From the human T2T-CHM13v2.0 reference genome, Homo sapiens, in the NCBI RefSeq assembly GCF_009914755.1, contig NC_060936.1: DNA of 64,000 nt; one strand, given 5' to 3'. Below the pieces are notes generated by a model that did no database searches, had not been told where the DNA came from, and saw only the letters and a program-made list of their open reading frames with translations. Of the stretch, positions 59,839 through 64,000 are shown piece after piece. Position numbers and translations under genes: made by a program. The first letter of the stretch is position 1. Each line of letters begins with the position of its first letter.

Positions 59839-61155
59839 CACCCTGTGAGCCACAATCCAAGGGAGTAACAGTGGGGTGTTTGCCATCTTAGGGAGAAGCT
59901 CTCATCCATGGCACACCTGGCATGGGTGAACTCCTTCAATGTGCCACACCTGCAGCTGGTGGACGATGGCCTCACGGACCTCCACAGCGGTCCCACAAGA
60001 CCCGCAAGGCCCCCCCACTGCTCTCTTAACCTGGCAGCTGCTGCCTTATAAAAGTACAGTTGTGAATTTGACTCCACGAAGTATTATGCATTGTGTGGCT
60101 CTCGTGGGGTCTTAGGTTGTGGTCTGACACACACTGCGGTCATTCCCCTGGGTTTAGTGAAATGCTGTATGCAGGTGGACCCCCAAAAGTAGAAGGGCAT
60201 ATTTAATGGATTCTCAGTTACACTTAAGGAGGATGGTGTTCATTCTTTGGCTAAAGGACAGGCTCTGACTTTCATTGGCCACTCCATGCAGGTGTTCTGC
60301 AAGTTTGGCTTTTATGAAGTCTTTAAAGTCTTGTATAGCAACATACTCCCAGAGCATGTTATCTCTGGTGCACATCACTGTATTTGGCTGCCTCTGCCAG
60401 TGCTGAATTCTTTGCTGTAATTGCCCTATGGAAGCTGCTAAGGTTCAAATTCAAACCCAACCAGGTTAGACCAAGACTTTGAGGGATGCAGCTCCCAAGA
60501 TGTATAAGGAAGAAGGCCTAAAAACATTCTACAAAGGGGTTGCTCCTCTCTGGATGAGACAGATAGCATATGCCATGATGAAGTTTGCCTGCTTTTAAGG
60601 TACTGTTGAAGCATTGTACAAGTTTGTGGTTCGGAAGCCCTGTGGTGAATGTTCAAAGACAGAGGAGCTGGTTGTAACATTTGTAGCAGGTTACATACCT
60701 GGAGTGTTTTGTGCAATTGTTTCTCACCCTGATGATTCTGTGGTATCTGTGTTGAATAAAGAAAAAGGTAGCAGTGCTTCTCAAGTCCTCCAGAGACTTG
60801 GATTTAAAGGTGTATGGAAGGGAATGTTTGTCTGTATCATTATGACTGGTACTCTGACTGCACTACAGTAGTTTATCTATGATTCTGTGAAGGTCTACTT
60901 CAGCCTCCCTTGCCCTCCCCCAAGATGCCAGAATCTCTGAAGAAGCAGCTTGGGTTAACTCAGTGACAGATCAAAGCAAATGTGGACTGAAACTGCTTGT
61001 TGATCAGTGTTGAAGAACGTACAAAAGGAACTTTCATATATTTGACAGTGTAGGAAATTGTCTATTCCTGATATAATTACTAGAGTACTTTCACTTAAGT
61101 CAAGAGTTTCAAATTTACTATTGAAATAAACCCAACTCTTCAGGAAAAAAAGAAA
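59839..61155 (+). pseudogene. Processed pseudogene of mitochondrial phosphate carrier SLC25A3 (isoform B-type); probably the annotated SLC25A3P2, number not verified
   Basis: Intronless match to PiC peptide (YSCEF..KYYALCG..LTHTAV; FVAGYIPGVFCAIVSHP..VVSVLNKEKGSSASQVLQRLGFKGVWKG). Start codon is AAG (59896-59898), with in-frame TAG at 60190 and 60869, AATAAA 61125-61130 and an A-rich tail. ~14-bp TSD GAAGTACAAAATAT (59825-59838) / GAAATATAAAATAT (61156-61169). Confidence 0.93.
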
Positions 61156-61230
61156 GAAATATAAAATATTAAGATAACCAAGACACTCTTGAAAAAAAAA
61201 GAAGAACTTGCCCCACCTCATCTTAAGACT

Positions 61231-62100
61231 TATCGTGGGATCTGGCCAGCAGCCCGCAATGCAACGGGGCTCTTTCTTTGTTCCCAGGTGGATCGGCAGG
61301 TCGAGAAATAAAAGACACACACAAAATAGTGAAAGCTGGGTCCAGGGCGTCACCGCCTTCTGGTCCTGTGATGCCGCCAATGCACTGGATATACTGGCAT
61401 TTATTATTAAGTTTAGTGAGGGCGGGGGTAGGTTAGTGAGGGATTTAGGGGGTCATTTGATTATGAGGTGAGATGATCACATGGGGATGAAGTAATTCTT
61501 TAATGTAACATCGGTATGCATAAGTACAGTATACAGAGATAAGAATTTACAACATAGTGTGTGTGTCAGCAATTTCTAACAGAGCCTTAAAACAGAAACA
61601 CAGTCTATCCATAACCTATGTTTAGTAAGATACTAATCAGCAGTAATATTTGCAGCAAAAGCTGGTTGCAAACAATCAACAGAAACAGGATGTGAAACAA
61701 CCGGTTAGACCACAAATTCTCAGAAGGGAGTATGCCTTAACCCTAAAGAGACCCAGAAAAGCCGTGGCAAGATAAGGGCGTTTATAACCCTATCTTATCC
61801 ATATGAACAAGCGCCCCTCATGTGTCTATTTATAGGCTCTCCACAAGGGTTGCATTGCATTCCCAGAGCTATGAACATCTGCTTTTCTGGGATAGTAATC
61901 TTGGTGATGTGAAACCTCCCTGACTGCACGTCCGTTTATAGGCTCTCTGCAGGGAGAAGCACATCACGCACTGTTGGCTCATTCTGGCAGCCAAACCTTG
62001 CATTGTCTTTACAAAATCCTGCATGCAATTTTGTATTTACAATAATCAGGAGCATTTCATCTTTTATTCCATAGCAATAGTTTCAGGAGGTCTCCCTACA
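61231..62100 (-). mobile_element. MER11D-like solo LTR (HERV-K HML-7)
   Basis: Minus strand begins TGTAGGGAGACCTCCTGAAACTATTGC; 870 bp; TSD AAGACT 61225-61230 / AAAACT 62101-62106. Confidence 0.78.
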
Positions 62101-62366
62101 AAAACTAACATAGACCTAGAGTGAAGATACTGTGGTACTAGTACAGGGATGGACAAATAGGTGAATAAAATGAAAATAGCCCAAATTAAACCCAGCAATA
62201 TATATATAGATCTCTGATGTATGACATAAGTGGCTTTTTCAATCAGTGGAAAAGAGACAGTCTTTTCAAAATATGAAGCTAGAACAATTGGGTATCCATA
62301 CAGGAAAAAAAAATGAAATTAGGCCCCTACTTTGTATCTCACACTACACTCAAAAAATCAGTTCTA

Positions 62367-62982
<616 letters not shown>

Positions 62983-64000
62983 TTAAAGACCTAAATGTGA
63001 AAGGACAAAAACTGTAAACCTTTTTTTTACATTCTATAGGAGAATGTCTTCAATTTTTGTTTAGGGAAAATTTTCCTAAACAAAACACAAAAAGTACTAA
63101 AAGAAATAATGAAAAAAATCAACCACATTAAAATGAAAAATTGAGTCTGTGTCAAGACACCATAAAGAAAGTAAAAAGACATACCACAAAATAGAAGATA
63201 TTTGTAACACATATAACTGACAAAGGATCCAAACTGTGTTTTAAAAAAATTACTAAGTAGTAAGAAAAACTCAACAGAAAAACAGGCAAAAATATTTAAC
63301 AAAAGAGGAAATCCAAATGGCCATAAACATATGCAAATATGCCCTACTTTATTAGTAATAAAGGAAATGAAAAATTAAAACCACAATAAGAAAATAATTA
63401 CACACCCATGGCAAAAATTTTAAGTCTGATAACAGCAAGTATTAACGGGAACAAAAAGCAACAGGACACTTTATACACTGCTGGCACAACCAGTTGGAAA
63501 AGAGTTTGACATTAATTTAGGGGCAGTGGAAATCCTATGACAATTCTGATATTGGGCAAATATACTAGATAAGCTTATGCATTTGCGCACCAGAAAACAT
63601 GTACAAGAATGCTTATAGCAGCATAATGTACAAGAATGCTTATACAATAATGCTTATGTACAAGAAAACATGTACAAGAATGCTTATAGCAGCATAAGCA
63701 GGTAAATAAATTTTAGTATATTCATACTACAGAATACCAGACATCAATGAAAATGAAATGAACTCATGCTCTATACAACGTGGATACATCTCACAAATAA
63801 TATTGAGGGATAAAAGCAATTCATAAAACAATACGTACAAAAATACATATAGCATTATTCCAATTATATCAAGTTCAAAAACAAGCAAAACCAAATTGTT
63901 TAAACATACATACATTTCTGGTAAACCGTACATAAGAGTAAAAAAATGCTTATCACAAAAATCTGGATACTGATTATCTCTAGAGGTGAGAGGGAGAGCT

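Noticed and set aside
60614-60871. 85-aa carrier-like ORF
   Set aside because: Residual frame of the SLC25A3 pseudogene, starting at a non-ATG codon and ending at a premature TAG
63585-63698. Short repeated ATGTACAAGAATGCTTATA units
   Set aside because: Local slippage duplications within an old L1 3' fragment; no sign of function

Overview
Human/primate, repeat-dense genomic DNA. It carries six internal coding exons of TMEM116 on the minus strand (58663-58794, 10168-10272, 5066-5115, 4065-4148, 3597-3735, 791-935). All are bounded by AG/GT and splice in frame to 218 codons; the first and last exons lie outside the window. A ~48.4-kb intron (10273-58662) is almost entirely transposon-derived: dozens of Alus, an SVA inside a near-full-length L1PA6/7-type LINE, stacked old L1M elements, a fragmented ERV1 with its 3' LTR, solo LTRs (MER9, MLT2A, LTR22-like, MaLR) and DNA-transposon relics (MER47A, MER85, Tigger3a); a MER3 relic lies in the adjacent smaller intron. 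The next upstream intron holds a full-length SLC25A3 processed pseudogene and a MER11D-like solo LTR. I see no convincing novel multi-gene system. The best leads are an LTR-derived poison-exon candidate, GPCR-like motifs in TMEM116, a MER85 (CSB-PGBD3 target), a foreign ~1.1-kb patch inside the ERV, an unexplained dispersed ~57-bp homology and a frame-closed circRNA candidate. Repeat subfamily names come from recalled consensus sequences, not a database search, and most repeat boundaries are approximate.
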